NCBI GenBank assembly: GCA_963769005.1
Contig: CAVYKC010000003.1
Coordinates: 60,559 to 124,558 of the forward strand
Length of the DNA stretch: 64,000 bases
DNA from: an uncultured Actinomycetota bacterium
GTDB taxonomy: Bacteria > Actinomycetota > Actinomycetes > Actinomycetales > Microbacteriaceae
Direction: 5' to 3'
The position numbers and the translations under genes are program-made. Under the pieces are notes generated by a model. The model saw only the letters and a program-made list of their open reading frames with translations. It did no database searches and had not been told where the DNA came from. Below, piece after piece: positions 38,369-50,281 of the stretch. How positions within the stretch are numbered: the first letter of the stretch is position 1; every line of letters starts with the position of its first letter.

Positions 38369-40300
38369 ATGGCCACAGATGTGCTGCTCGTCGGAGCGCG
38401 GGGTTTCGGCGCCAACCACCTGCAGAACCTCGAGCGACTCGGCGAGCGGGTGCGCCTGGTCGCACTGGCAGATCCGAGCGGTGGACCCGAGTTCGGCTAC
38501 GGCTCCGATGCACCCGCCTTCACCGGCCTGGCCGAAGCCTTCGCCTCCGGCATCCGCCCCGATGTCGTGATCATCGCGACACCGACAGGCACGCATTTCG
38601 CGCTCGCCTCGCTCGCGCTCGAGCACGGATGCGATCTGTACCTCGAGAAGCCGCCGGTCGCGACGATGGCGCAGTTCGAAGATCTGCTCTCACTTCAGGA
38701 GCGGTCCGGCCGAGCGGTGCAGATCGGGTTCCAGAGCTTCGGCTCGCACGCGTTCGCCCGCCTCGCGGAACTCGGCCAACCGACCTCGGTCGCCGCCTGG
38801 GGGGCCTGGACGAGGGATGCCGCGTACTGGTCGCGCTCCGCATGGGCCGGCAGACGCAGCGTCGACGGCCTCCCCATCGTCGACGGAGTGGTGACGAACC
38901 CGCTCTCGCACGCCGTCGCGACGGCGCTGCGTCTCGCCGGCGCGCGGCGCCGCGAAGACGTGGCACGGGTAGAGCTCGAGCTCTACCGTGCGAACGACAT
39001 CGAGGCCGACGACACGTCCAGCGTCCGGGTCACGCTCTCCGACGGCCGGATCGTCTCGGCGGCCCTGACCCTCGCCGCCCCCGAACCGTCCGATCCACTC
39101 ATCGAGGTGCGCACGCCCGCTGCCGACGTGGTCTTCTCCTACACAACGGACCGGCTTATCCAACAAGACGGCACTGAGATCGACACCGGGCGGACCGACC
39201 TCTTCGAGGAGCTCCTCGACCACCGCGACCACGGCGTCGCCCTGCATGCCCCGCTCGTCGAGACCGGGGCGTTCATGACGGTGCTGGAGGCCGTGCGCAC
39301 CGCCCCCGACCCCGTTCCGGTCCGCGCTGCCGCCGTCGGGATCCTCACCGAACGCGCCGCCCCACTCACGACCATCGCCGGGATCGACGAGTGGGTCGAG
39401 CGCACCGCGCGAGCCGGCGCCCTGTTCAGCGAAGTGCACGCGCCGTTCGCGGCAACGCCGAAGAATGGCCGCGCGCACGAGGTCGGCGTCGGCGGGTCCG
39501 TCGTCGCCGTGCACGATGACGGCTCCGCAGTCGCCACAACGTCCGGTCCGCGCCCGTTCCTGCACCCGGTGCGCACTCCGGGCGGCGTCGTCGTCTCCGA
39601 CGCGCACCCGGCTGATCACGACTGGCACCTCGGGGTCTCGGTCGCGCTCCAGCACGTGAACGGCGTGAACTTCTGGGGCGGCCCCACGTACACCCGCGGC
39701 CTCGGCTACCGCTGGCTAGCCGACCACGGCCGCATCCGGACGACATCGTTCACCGTCGACGAAGACGGCTTCTCCTCAACGGCGGAATGGCTCGCACCCG
39801 ACGGCACCGTCCTGCTGAGCGAATCCACGCGGTGGCTGTTGCGTGCCGCATCCGACCCGCGTGCCTGGCTGTTCCGGACGGCGACGACGCTGCGCGCGGA
39901 GAGCCCGCAGCTCGAGCTCGGCAGCCCAGGCAGCAACGGCCGCGCCCGAGCCGGCTACGGCGGGTTCTCGTGGCGGTTCCCGGCGGCGTCCGACGTCGAC
40001 GTGCGCACCGCACGAGCAGCCGGAGAAGAAGCCGTGCACGGCGCCATCGCCCCGTGGCTGGCGTTCAGCGCGCGCTTCGCCGCCGGAGAGGCAACGGTGG
40101 TCCTCGCCGGAGATGACGTCCGGACGCGCGAGGACCCCTGGTTCGTGCGCGTGGACGACTACCCCGGCATCGGGTCGGCGCTGGCCTGGGAAGAGCCTCT
40201 CCGGCTCGACGCCGGAGAGAGCATCACGTTGGCGTACCGTGGTGCCGTGGCCGACGGCCGCCTCGCCGAGGACGACATCATGACCCTGCTCCAGGAGTGA
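38369..40300 (+). CDS. Gfo/Idh/MocA oxidoreductase fused to DUF6807 (PmoA-like) domain
   Basis: VLLVGARGFG, YLEKPP, NPLSHAV; C-term RPFLHPVRT...DHDWHLG...NFWGG, YGGFSWR. Confidence 0.82.
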   Translation: MATDVLLVGARGFGANHLQNLERLGERVRLVALADPSGGPEFGYGSDAPAFTGLAEAFASGIRPDVVIIATPTGTHFALASLALEHGCDLYLEKPPVATMAQFEDLLSLQERSGRAVQIGFQSFGSHAFARLAELGQPTSVAAWGAWTRDAAYWSRSAWAGRRSVDGLPIVDGVVTNPLSHAVATALRLAGARRREDVARVELELYRANDIEADDTSSVRVTLSDGRIVSAALTLAAPEPSDPLIEVRTPAADVVFSYTTDRLIQQDGTEIDTGRTDLFEELLDHRDHGVALHAPLVETGAFMTVLEAVRTAPDPVPVRAAAVGILTERAAPLTTIAGIDEWVERTARAGALFSEVHAPFAATPKNGRAHEVGVGGSVVAVHDDGSAVATTSGPRPFLHPVRTPGGVVVSDAHPADHDWHLGVSVALQHVNGVNFWGGPTYTRGLGYRWLADHGRIRTTSFTVDEDGFSSTAEWLAPDGTVLLSESTRWLLRAASDPRAWLFRTATTLRAESPQLELGSPGSNGRARAGYGGFSWRFPAASDVDVRTARAAGEEAVHGAIAPWLAFSARFAAGEATVVLAGDDVRTREDPWFVRVDDYPGIGSALAWEEPLRLDAGESITLAYRGAVADGRLAEDDIMTLLQE

Positions 40301-40358
40301 CCCGAGCGGGGTCGAGGAGCGTTCTTGCGAATATCTCCGGGTACCCTCTACACTTTCA

Positions 40359-40370
40359 TGAAACGATTCA
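40359..40370. promoter_or_regulatory. LacI-type operator TGAAACGATTCA upstream of rhaM
   Basis: Imperfect palindrome with central CG, 26 bp before rhaM start. Confidence 0.6.
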
Positions 40371-40396
40371 ACGCCGATTCTTCGAAACGTGAGCCC

Positions 40397-40771
40397 ATGA
40401 CACGCCACTGCTTCCAGCTCCAGGTCCGCCCCGAACTGCTGGACGAGTACGTCGCTCGTCATTCCCCGGTCCGGCCCGAGATGCTGGCCGAGATCGCGGC
40501 GGCCGGCCGTCGCAACTACTCGCTCTTCCTCGGCGAAGGCGGACGCCTCATCGGCTACTACGAGACCGATGACGACGCGGCCGCCCAGGCGCACCTCGCC
40601 GGCTCCGAGGTCGCCGCGCGGTGGGAGGCAGAGATGGCACGCTTCTTCGTCGGCCTCGACGGCCGCCCCGATCAGGCGGCCGCTCCGCTCTCCGAGGTGT
40701 TCCACCTCGAAGACCAGCTCGCCGCAGCCGACGAACCCGCATCCGATACCGACGAAAGCTGTGCCCCATGA
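40397..40771 (+). CDS. rhaM: L-rhamnose mutarotase
   Basis: EYVARH, RNYSLFL, RWEAEM; first gene of rha cluster. Confidence 0.85.
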   Translation: MTRHCFQLQVRPELLDEYVARHSPVRPEMLAEIAAAGRRNYSLFLGEGGRLIGYYETDDDAAAQAHLAGSEVAARWEAEMARFFVGLDGRPDQAAAPLSEVFHLEDQLAAADEPASDTDESCAP

Positions 40772-41931
40772 GCATCCTCTCCACCGACGCCCTCGCAGCC
40801 CTCGAACAGCAGGCGATCGAGCTCCCGTCCTGGGCGTTCGGGAATTCCGGCACCCGCTTCAAGGTGTTCGGCACCCCTGGCACCCCGCGCGACCCGTTCG
40901 AGAAGATCGCGGATGCCGCGCAGGTGAACAGATACACCGCCCTCGCCCCGAGCGTGGCGCTGCACATTCCGTGGGACATGTGCGATTTCGGAGACCTGCG
41001 CACGCACGCCGAGGACCTCGGAGTCACTCTCGGCACGATCAACTCCAACACCTTCCAGGACGACGACTACAAGTTCGGCGCCCTCACGCACGAAGATGCG
41101 GGCGTGCGGCGGAAGGCGATCGATCACCACCTGGCCTGCATCGACGTGATGGATGCCACGGGCTCTCGGGACCTGAAGATCTGGCTCGCCGAGGGGTCGA
41201 ACTACCCCGGTCAAGCCGACCTCCGAGGCCGCCAGGACCGGCTGCAGGAGTCGCTGCAGGAGATCTATACGCGCCTCACCGGCGACCAGCGCCTGGTGCT
41301 GGAGTACAAGTTCTTCGAGCCGGCGTTCTACCACACCGACGTTCCGGACTGGGGCACGTCCTACGCCCAGGTGAGCGCCCTCGGAGATCGGGCGATGGTA
41401 TGCCTCGACACCGGCCACCACGCACCCGGCACGAACATCGAGTTCATCGTGATGCAGCTGCTGCGCCTCGGAAAGCTGGGCTCCTTCGACTTCAACTCGC
41501 GCTTCTACGCCGATGACGACCTGATCGTGGGCGCCGCCGATCCGTTCCAGCTCTTCCGCATCCTCTTCGAGGTGATCCGCGGCGGCGGCCTGAACAACCC
41601 CGACGTGGCCTTCATGCTCGACCAGTGCCACAACGTCGAGGACAAGATCCCCGGCCAGATCCGCTCTGTGCTCAACGTGCAGGAGATGACGGCGCGCGCG
41701 CTGCTCGTCGATCGCGATGCCCTCGCCGCGGCGCAGAAGTCGGGCGATGTTCTCACGGCCAACGCCGTGTTCATGGATGCCTTCTACACCGACGTCCGCC
41801 CGGCACTGGCCGAGTGGCGCGAGGCGCGCGGGCTCGCCGCCGACCCGATGGCCGCCTACGCCGCATCCGGCTATCAGCAAACGATCGCGGCCGACCGCGT
41901 CGGCGGCGTACAAGCAGGCTGGGGTGCCTGA
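40768..41931 (+). CDS. rhaI: L-rhamnose isomerase (RhaI type)
   Basis: ELPSWAFGNSGTRFKVF, HIPWD, EYKFFEP, DTGHHAPGTNIE, DQCHNVE. Confidence 0.93.
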   Translation: MSILSTDALAALEQQAIELPSWAFGNSGTRFKVFGTPGTPRDPFEKIADAAQVNRYTALAPSVALHIPWDMCDFGDLRTHAEDLGVTLGTINSNTFQDDDYKFGALTHEDAGVRRKAIDHHLACIDVMDATGSRDLKIWLAEGSNYPGQADLRGRQDRLQESLQEIYTRLTGDQRLVLEYKFFEPAFYHTDVPDWGTSYAQVSALGDRAMVCLDTGHHAPGTNIEFIVMQLLRLGKLGSFDFNSRFYADDDLIVGAADPFQLFRILFEVIRGGGLNNPDVAFMLDQCHNVEDKIPGQIRSVLNVQEMTARALLVDRDALAAAQKSGDVLTANAVFMDAFYTDVRPALAEWREARGLAADPMAAYAASGYQQTIAADRVGGVQAGWGA

Positions 41932-41935
41932 ACGG

Positions 41936-42790
41936 ATGACCACGCACTTCGAGATCGCCGACCGGATCCTGGCTGGACCGCATGGTCCGCTGCGCGTCCG
42001 CAGCTACATGCCCGCGTCGCCCACCGGCCACGGCGTGGTCTGGGCGCACGGCGGCGCGTTCGCCGGCGGCGACCTCGACATGCCCGAAGCCGACTGGGTC
42101 AGCCGCGCGTTCGCCGAGCGCGGCATCACGGTCGTCAGCGTCGAGTACCGCTTGGCGCCGCTGCCTTCGGATTGGGCCGAATCGCTGAACACGCCCGCGC
42201 GCGAAGGAGTTCAGTACCCCATCGCGCACGATGAGGTCGTCTTCGCGTTCCGCTGGGCCGTGGAATCGGGGCTGGCGACCGGCCCCTGGGCGATCGGAGG
42301 CGCGAGCGCGGGCGGCAACCTGGCCACCGGCGCCGCGCTTCGTCTCGAGGGCGAGCGGGAGGCCGTTCCTGCGCTCGCCGTGCTCGCCTATCCGACGCTG
42401 CATGCCGTGCAGGATGCCCCGGATGCTGCGCTGCGCGCACTGCTCGACGCCGACCCCGACGCCGACCGATTCGGGCCGGGAATCGTGCTCGGCATGTACG
42501 AGAACTACCTCGGTGGCGCTGTCGACGATGCCGATATCTATGCCCTGCCCGGCACGGCGACGCCCGCACAACTCGCCGGTTTCCCCGCCACGATCATGAT
42601 CAACAGCGAGGCCGACGAGCTCCGGGTCTCCGGCGAAGCATTCGCCCGTGCGCTCGCGGACGCCGGCGTGGAGATCGACGTGTCGAGTGAGCCCGACACC
42701 ACCCACGGACACCTCAACAGGCCGGACGAAGCAGCGGCCACGGCATCCATCGATCGGTTCGCCGCCCGCATCCAGGGCCTCACGCTGTGA
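41936..42790 (+). CDS. Alpha/beta hydrolase (HSL-like esterase)
   Basis: HGGAFAGG, GGASAGGNL, D..HG catalytic residues. Confidence 0.85.
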   Translation: MTTHFEIADRILAGPHGPLRVRSYMPASPTGHGVVWAHGGAFAGGDLDMPEADWVSRAFAERGITVVSVEYRLAPLPSDWAESLNTPAREGVQYPIAHDEVVFAFRWAVESGLATGPWAIGGASAGGNLATGAALRLEGEREAVPALAVLAYPTLHAVQDAPDAALRALLDADPDADRFGPGIVLGMYENYLGGAVDDADIYALPGTATPAQLAGFPATIMINSEADELRVSGEAFARALADAGVEIDVSSEPDTTHGHLNRPDEAAATASIDRFAARIQGLTL

Positions 42791-42858
42791 TCCCCGCCCG
42801 GAGAACGACGCGTTCGCGCAATGAGCCGACCCGACCTGCACGACCCAAGGAAGTTGAC

Positions 42859-44900
<2,042 letters not shown>

Positions 44901-44922
44901 CCGCGCACCGGCGGACCGCCGA

Positions 44923-46350
44923 GTGCACGGCGGGACGCTCGTGACGGTGCGCGCCGTCGCGGCGGTGGATCTCGGAGCCACGAGCGGCCGGGTCATGATC
45001 GGCCGCGTGGGTGAGGACCGGCTCGATCTCGAACTCGTCGCACGGTTCCCGAACGGTCCGGTGCAGCGCGACGACGGCCTGCACTGGGACTTCGCGGCGT
45101 TGTACGAGCACGTCCTCGACGGTCTCGCCGAAGCGGTGCGGCGGGAACCTGCGATCGAGAGCATCGGGGTCGACTCGTGGGCTGTCGACTATGGCCTGCT
45201 CCGCGACGGCGAACTGCTCGCGGAGCCGTTCCACTACCGCGACGGACGCTCCGAGCGGGGTGTCGCCGATGTGCACGAGGCCGTGCCTTTCGCCGAGCTC
45301 TACGCCCGCAACGGCCTGCAGTTCCTGCCGTTCAACACGCTGTACCAGTACCGGGCCGACCGGCGGACGCACGACGCCGACACCGCGCTCCTCATCCCCG
45401 ACCTCATCGCGTTCCTGCTCACCGGAACGCGTGCCGCCGAGCGGACGAACGCGTCGACGACGGGGCTCCTCGGCGTCCGAACCGGCGAGTGGGATCTCGA
45501 GCTCGCCGAGCGCCTCGGCATCCCGGAGCGACTGCTTCCTGCTCTCGTCGACGAGGGAACCGTGCTCGGAACGCTGCGCCCCGAGGTCGCCGCGCGGATC
45601 GGGGCCTCGCTCCCGGTCATCGCCGTGGGCTCGCACGACACCGCATCCGCGGTCGTCGCCGCTCCGCTCTCCTCGCCCCGGTCGGCTTACATCTCCTGCG
45701 GCACGTGGGGACTCGTCGGCGTCGAGCTCGAGGAGCCGGTGCTGTCGGATGCTGCGCGCGACGCGAACTTCACCAACGAGCGCGGCGTCGGCGGACGCAT
45801 CCGCTTCCTGCACAACGTCACCGGTCTCTGGCTGCTCAGCGAGAGCGTGCGGGCGTGGGAAGCGGAAGACGGGTCCGCGATCGATCTGCCCGAGCTCCTG
45901 ACCGCGGCATCGGAGGTCACCGGCGACATCCCTCTCTTCGACGCGAACGACGCAACCCTCAGCGCACCGGGCGGCATGCCGGCCCGCATCGCCGCACTGC
46001 TGCAGTCGACCGGCAGCACGGTCCCGGCCTCTCGTGCCGGCTTCGTGCGGAGCATCCTCGAGAGCATCGCCGAGGCTTTCGCCGACGCGATCCGTGCAGC
46101 CGGCCGACTGTCCGGTCGCGAGATCGATGCCATCCACCTCGTCGGCGGCGGATCCCTGAACCGGCTGCTCTGCCAAGCCGCGGCGGATCGCGCCGGCCTT
46201 CCCGTGCTGGCAGGGCCGGTCGAGGCGACCGCTCTGGGCAACGTGCTCGTGCAGGCGCGCGGGCTGGGCGCCGCGCCGTCGACGTTGGATGAGCTGCGTG
46301 CGCTCGTTGCGCGGACGCACGCGCCGGAGCGGTTCGAACCGCGGCGCTGA
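44923..46350 (+). CDS. rhaB: Rhamnulokinase
   Basis: AVDLGATSGR, GVDSWAVDY, SHDTASA, SCGTWGLVG, GGGSLN; exact start uncertain. Confidence 0.9.
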   Translation: MHGGTLVTVRAVAAVDLGATSGRVMIGRVGEDRLDLELVARFPNGPVQRDDGLHWDFAALYEHVLDGLAEAVRREPAIESIGVDSWAVDYGLLRDGELLAEPFHYRDGRSERGVADVHEAVPFAELYARNGLQFLPFNTLYQYRADRRTHDADTALLIPDLIAFLLTGTRAAERTNASTTGLLGVRTGEWDLELAERLGIPERLLPALVDEGTVLGTLRPEVAARIGASLPVIAVGSHDTASAVVAAPLSSPRSAYISCGTWGLVGVELEEPVLSDAARDANFTNERGVGGRIRFLHNVTGLWLLSESVRAWEAEDGSAIDLPELLTAASEVTGDIPLFDANDATLSAPGGMPARIAALLQSTGSTVPASRAGFVRSILESIAEAFADAIRAAGRLSGREIDAIHLVGGGSLNRLLCQAAADRAGLPVLAGPVEATALGNVLVQARGLGAAPSTLDELRALVARTHAPERFEPRR

Positions 46351-46526
46351 CCTCGGCGGATCGGCGCTGAAGCTGCGCTGCCTATCCGGCGACGATGACC
46401 GACTCGGCCGGAACACCGCCGCCGCCGCGACGCGAGCATCCCTCCTGCTCACCTCGCCGCATATCCTGGCAGACGTCGATGCCGCCATCCGCTCGGCCAC
46501 GACCGACTGACCACGGGAGAACATTC

Positions 46527-48065
46527 ATGCTCGATCGACACTCCGCCCTCGGCAATGCGCCGGATGCGGCCTCACACGGCTCTGCGACCATGACGGTGCC
46601 GGAATCCGTCTCCCTTTGGGCTCCGCTGGAGATCCGCATCGACGGCCCGTCGCATGGCAATCCGTTCATCGATGTCGAACTCGACGCGGTGTTCACGCGT
46701 GGTGGTGCGGACGTGCGCGTCGGCGGCTTCTACGACGGCGACGGCATCTACGTCATCAGAGCCCTCGCCGATGCCGAGGGAGCCTGGACGTTCGAGACCC
46801 GCTCGACGGCGCCCTCGCTCGACGGCCTCACCGGCACGGTCGTCGTGGGCTCGCCGGCCGAGAACGCGCACGGCCCGGTGCGGGTCGACGGCTTCCACTT
46901 CCGGCATGCCGACGGTATCCGCCATCGCCCGTTGGGAACGACGGCGTATGCCTGGACGCATCAGCCCGACGAGCTGCAGGAGCAGACGCTCGCGACGCTG
47001 GCCGAGTCGCCCTTCACCAAGTTGCGCATGTGCGTGTTCCCCAAGTCGTACCTCTACAACACCAACGAGCCGACGGACTTCCCGTTCCCCGGCTCGCTGG
47101 CCGACGGCTTCGACCTCGAGCGCTTCGATCCGGCGCACTTCCGCCGGCTGGAGAAGAGCATCGTGACGCTCGCCGATCTCGGCGTCGAAGCCGACCTCAT
47201 CCTGTTCCATCCCTACGATCGCTGGGGCTTCGCCGATCTCGGGCCCGCCGTCGACGAGCGATACCTGCGCTACCTGGTGCGCCGCCTGTCCGGCTTCGCG
47301 AACGTCTGGTGGTCGATGGCCAACGAGTACGACCTCGTCAGTGCCAAGGACACCGCGGAATGGGAGCGATTGGCCGCGATCGTCGGCGAGGAGGACTCCT
47401 TCGGGCACCTCAACTCCATCCACAACTGCATCCCGTTCTACGACTACTCCGCTCCGTGGATCACTCACGTCAGCATCCAGCGCGTCGACGTCTACCGCAC
47501 GGCGGAGAACACCGACGAGTGGCGGGAGCGATGGGGCAAACCGGTCGTCATAGACGAGTGCGCCTACGAAGGCGACATCGACCAGGGCTGGGGCAACATC
47601 ACCGGAGAGGAGATGGTGCGCCGATTCTGGGAGGGCGCCGTGCGCGGGGGCTATGTCGGTCACGGCGAGACGTACCTGCCGGCGGCGCTCGGTCGCGACG
47701 ACGAGACCCTGTGGTGGTCGAAGGGCGGCGAACTGCACGGAACATCGCCCGACCGCATCCGCTTCCTCGACCAGCTCCTCGCCGAGGCGCCGGACGGCGT
47801 GTGGAATCCGCTTCCAGGTGACTGGGACGTTCCGTGGGGTGGCGTTGCGGGCCGTACGCTCATCGGCTACTTCGGATTCAATCGGCCGCGGTTCCGTATC
47901 GTGCTGCTCGGCGAGGGCGAGTGGGCGATCGATGTGATCGACACGTGGGGCATGACCGTCGAACGCGTGCCCGGGACGCACCCCGAAGGATCGGTTCGGG
48001 TCGAGCTGCCCGGCCGGCAGTTCATGGCGATACGGGCCACACGCATCGATCAGGCAACGACCTGA
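46527..48065 (+). CDS. DUF5060/DUF4038/DUF5605-type protein (putative glycoside hydrolase, apiosidase-like)
   Basis: GNPFIDV, GFYDGDG, GTTAYAW, WSMANEYD, KPVVIDECAYEG. Confidence 0.75.
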   Translation: MLDRHSALGNAPDAASHGSATMTVPESVSLWAPLEIRIDGPSHGNPFIDVELDAVFTRGGADVRVGGFYDGDGIYVIRALADAEGAWTFETRSTAPSLDGLTGTVVVGSPAENAHGPVRVDGFHFRHADGIRHRPLGTTAYAWTHQPDELQEQTLATLAESPFTKLRMCVFPKSYLYNTNEPTDFPFPGSLADGFDLERFDPAHFRRLEKSIVTLADLGVEADLILFHPYDRWGFADLGPAVDERYLRYLVRRLSGFANVWWSMANEYDLVSAKDTAEWERLAAIVGEEDSFGHLNSIHNCIPFYDYSAPWITHVSIQRVDVYRTAENTDEWRERWGKPVVIDECAYEGDIDQGWGNITGEEMVRRFWEGAVRGGYVGHGETYLPAALGRDDETLWWSKGGELHGTSPDRIRFLDQLLAEAPDGVWNPLPGDWDVPWGGVAGRTLIGYFGFNRPRFRIVLLGEGEWAIDVIDTWGMTVERVPGTHPEGSVRVELPGRQFMAIRATRIDQATT

Positions 48066-48080
48066 GCCCGTGACGACGAT

Positions 48081-48938
48081 CTACGCCGACGCCACCTCGC
48101 CGGCGCCGACGTCGATCGGTGCGGGAAGCGTGTCCAGCGCCACCGCCAGCCCGCCGTCGACCACGTCGCCGGTGACCTCGCCAGCGGCATCCTTCACCAC
48201 GTCGGGCGCCTGCCCCATCGCCACCGCGCGACCGCCCACGCCCAGCGCCCAGCCGAACATGCCGATGTCGTTACGGCCGTCTCCGGCGACGAGCACCTGC
48301 CGGCCGTCGATGCCGAGCCGCGCGCGCACCCGCTCCATCGCCGTGCCCTTGTCGACGCCCTGCGGGGCGATGTCGAGCCAGGCCGTCCAGCCGATCGCGT
48401 ACGAGACCTCGTTGAGTCCGGCATCCGCGACGAGACGGTGGAAGTCGTCCTCGTCATGCCCAGGCGAGACCACGACGATGCGTGAGACGGGCGCGGCGGC
48501 GAGCTCCTCGAAGCGCACCTGACGACCGCCGTCGAGCGTCCAGTCGTCGAGCTGGGCGGTGTACAGCCGCTGCCCGGAGCCGAGCTCGACCATGTAGCGC
48601 GCATCCGGCAGGCGCTCGCGCAGCAGCGACAGCACCGGTCGACGGATCGAACGTCTCGACGTGCCACCGCTCCCACCCGTCGCCCGATGCGTCGCATGGT
48701 CACCGCGCCGTTCGAGCACACCACGTAGTCGGCGGTCAGCCCGAGCTCCTCGACGTAGCGCTGCGTGCGCCATCCAGCTGCGTCCGGTCGCGATGGTGAC
48801 CTCGTGGCCGCCGTCTCGGAGCCGCGCGACCGCCTCGGGCACGCCCGGGCTCATCGTCTCGTCCTGCAGCAGGATGGTGCCGTCGACGTCGAGTCCGACG
48901 AGCCACGCGGTTCCGCTGCCGCCCTGAGCGGCGGTCAC
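48081..48938 (-). pseudogene. Cof-like HAD-IIB hydrolase, about 3 frameshifts (likely sequence error)
   Basis: GLDVDGT, ATGRS, CSNGA, VDKG, GDGRND; shifts near 48770, 48685, 48640. Confidence 0.8.
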
Positions 48939-50224
48939 GCCTCCGGCTCCAGCACGGCGAGGCCGCCGAGGTACGGCTGCAGCACCTCGGGTACGCGCAC
49001 CGAGCCGTCGGCGCGCTGGTGGGTCTCCAGCAGTGCGACGATCCATCGTGTGGTGGCGAGCGTTCCGTTCAGCGTCGCGACGTGCTGCGTCTTCGCGCCC
49101 GAGACCGTGGACGCGTCGGACTCCGGCCGGTGCCGGATGTCGAGGCGGCGGGCCTGGAAGGTCGTGCAGTTCGAGGTCGACGTGAGTTCACGGAACGCGC
49201 CCTGCGTCGGCACCCAGGCCTCGATGTCGTACTTGCGGGCGGCGCTCGAGCCGAGGTCGCCGGCGGCGACGTCGATCACCCGGTACGCGAGCCCGAGCGA
49301 GGTGAGCATCTCTTCCTGCAGCGCGACAAGGCGAAGGTGCTCGGCTTCGGCCTCTTCGGAGGTCGTGTAGACGAACATCTCCAGCTTGTTGAACTGGTGC
49401 ACGCGGATGATGCCGCGGGTGTCCCTGCCGTGCGACCCGGCCTCGCGCCGGTAGCAGGTCGACCACCCGGCGTAGCGCAGCGGACCCTTGGACAGGTCGA
49501 CGATCTCGTCCTTGTGGTACCCGGCGAGCGCGACCTCGCTGGTGCCGACGAGGTAGAGGTCGTCGTCCTTGTCGAGGTGGTAGACCTCATCGGCGTGCTC
49601 ACCGAGGAAGCCGGTGCCCTGCATGATCTCCGGACGCACGAGGGTCGGCGTGATCAGCGGTACGAAGCCGTTCTGCAGCGCCTTGTCGAGCGCGAGGTTC
49701 ATCAGCGCGATCTCGAGGCGGGCGCCGATGCCGCGGAGGAAGTAGAAGCGGGCACCGGAGACCTTCGCGCCGCGCTCCATATCGATCGCGCCGAGGATCT
49801 CGCCGAGTTCCAGGTGATCGCGCGGCTCGAAGTCGAACGCGGGCACGTCGCCGACCCGGCGCAGCTCGACGAAGTCCGCCTCGCCACCGGCGGGCACGCC
49901 GTCGATGACGACGTTCTCGATGCGGGCGAGAGCGGCGGATGCGGCATCCGCAGCCTCGTTCGCGGCGATCTGGGCCTGCTTGACGCGATCGGCGAGTCCC
50001 TTCGCCTGCGCGACGAGCGCCGCCTTCTCGTCCTTCGGCGCCTTCGCGACCTGCTTGCCGAAAGCGTTCTGTTCGGCCCGCAGCTCCTCGAATACGGCCA
50101 GCGCGGCGCGGCGCGAACGATCGGCCTCGAGCGCTGCGTCGACGGATCCCTGGTCGTTGCCGCGCGCGGCCTGCGAACGGCGAACGATCTCGGGCTGGTC
50201 GCGGAGGAGTGCGAGGTCGATCAT
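48935..50224 (-). CDS. serS: Serine--tRNA ligase
   Basis: [45 protein letters not shown]. Confidence 0.97.
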   Translation of the reverse strand: MIDLALLRDQPEIVRRSQAARGNDQGSVDAALEADRSRRAALAVFEELRAEQNAFGKQVAKAPKDEKAALVAQAKGLADRVKQAQIAANEAADAASAALARIENVVIDGVPAGGEADFVELRRVGDVPAFDFEPRDHLELGEILGAIDMERGAKVSGARFYFLRGIGARLEIALMNLALDKALQNGFVPLITPTLVRPEIMQGTGFLGEHADEVYHLDKDDDLYLVGTSEVALAGYHKDEIVDLSKGPLRYAGWSTCYRREAGSHGRDTRGIIRVHQFNKLEMFVYTTSEEAEAEHLRLVALQEEMLTSLGLAYRVIDVAAGDLGSSAARKYDIEAWVPTQGAFRELTSTSNCTTFQARRLDIRHRPESDASTVSGAKTQHVATLNGTLATTRWIVALLETHQRADGSVRVPEVLQPYLGGLAVLEPEA

Positions 50225-50281
50225 CCGTCAAGTCTACGGCGCGCGCGAGTGCGGACCGGATGCCGGGATTAGAGTAGCGCC

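Noticed and set aside
39480-40300. Methane monooxygenase function for the PmoA-like domain
   Set aside because: Family label only; soluble domain with no pmoCAB context or TM helices
46395-46510. Small ORF (...TRASLLLTSPHILADVDAAIRSATTD) before the DUF5060-like gene
   Set aside because: Good codon usage, but it needs an assumed frameshift to get a start; cannot be supported without reads or homologues
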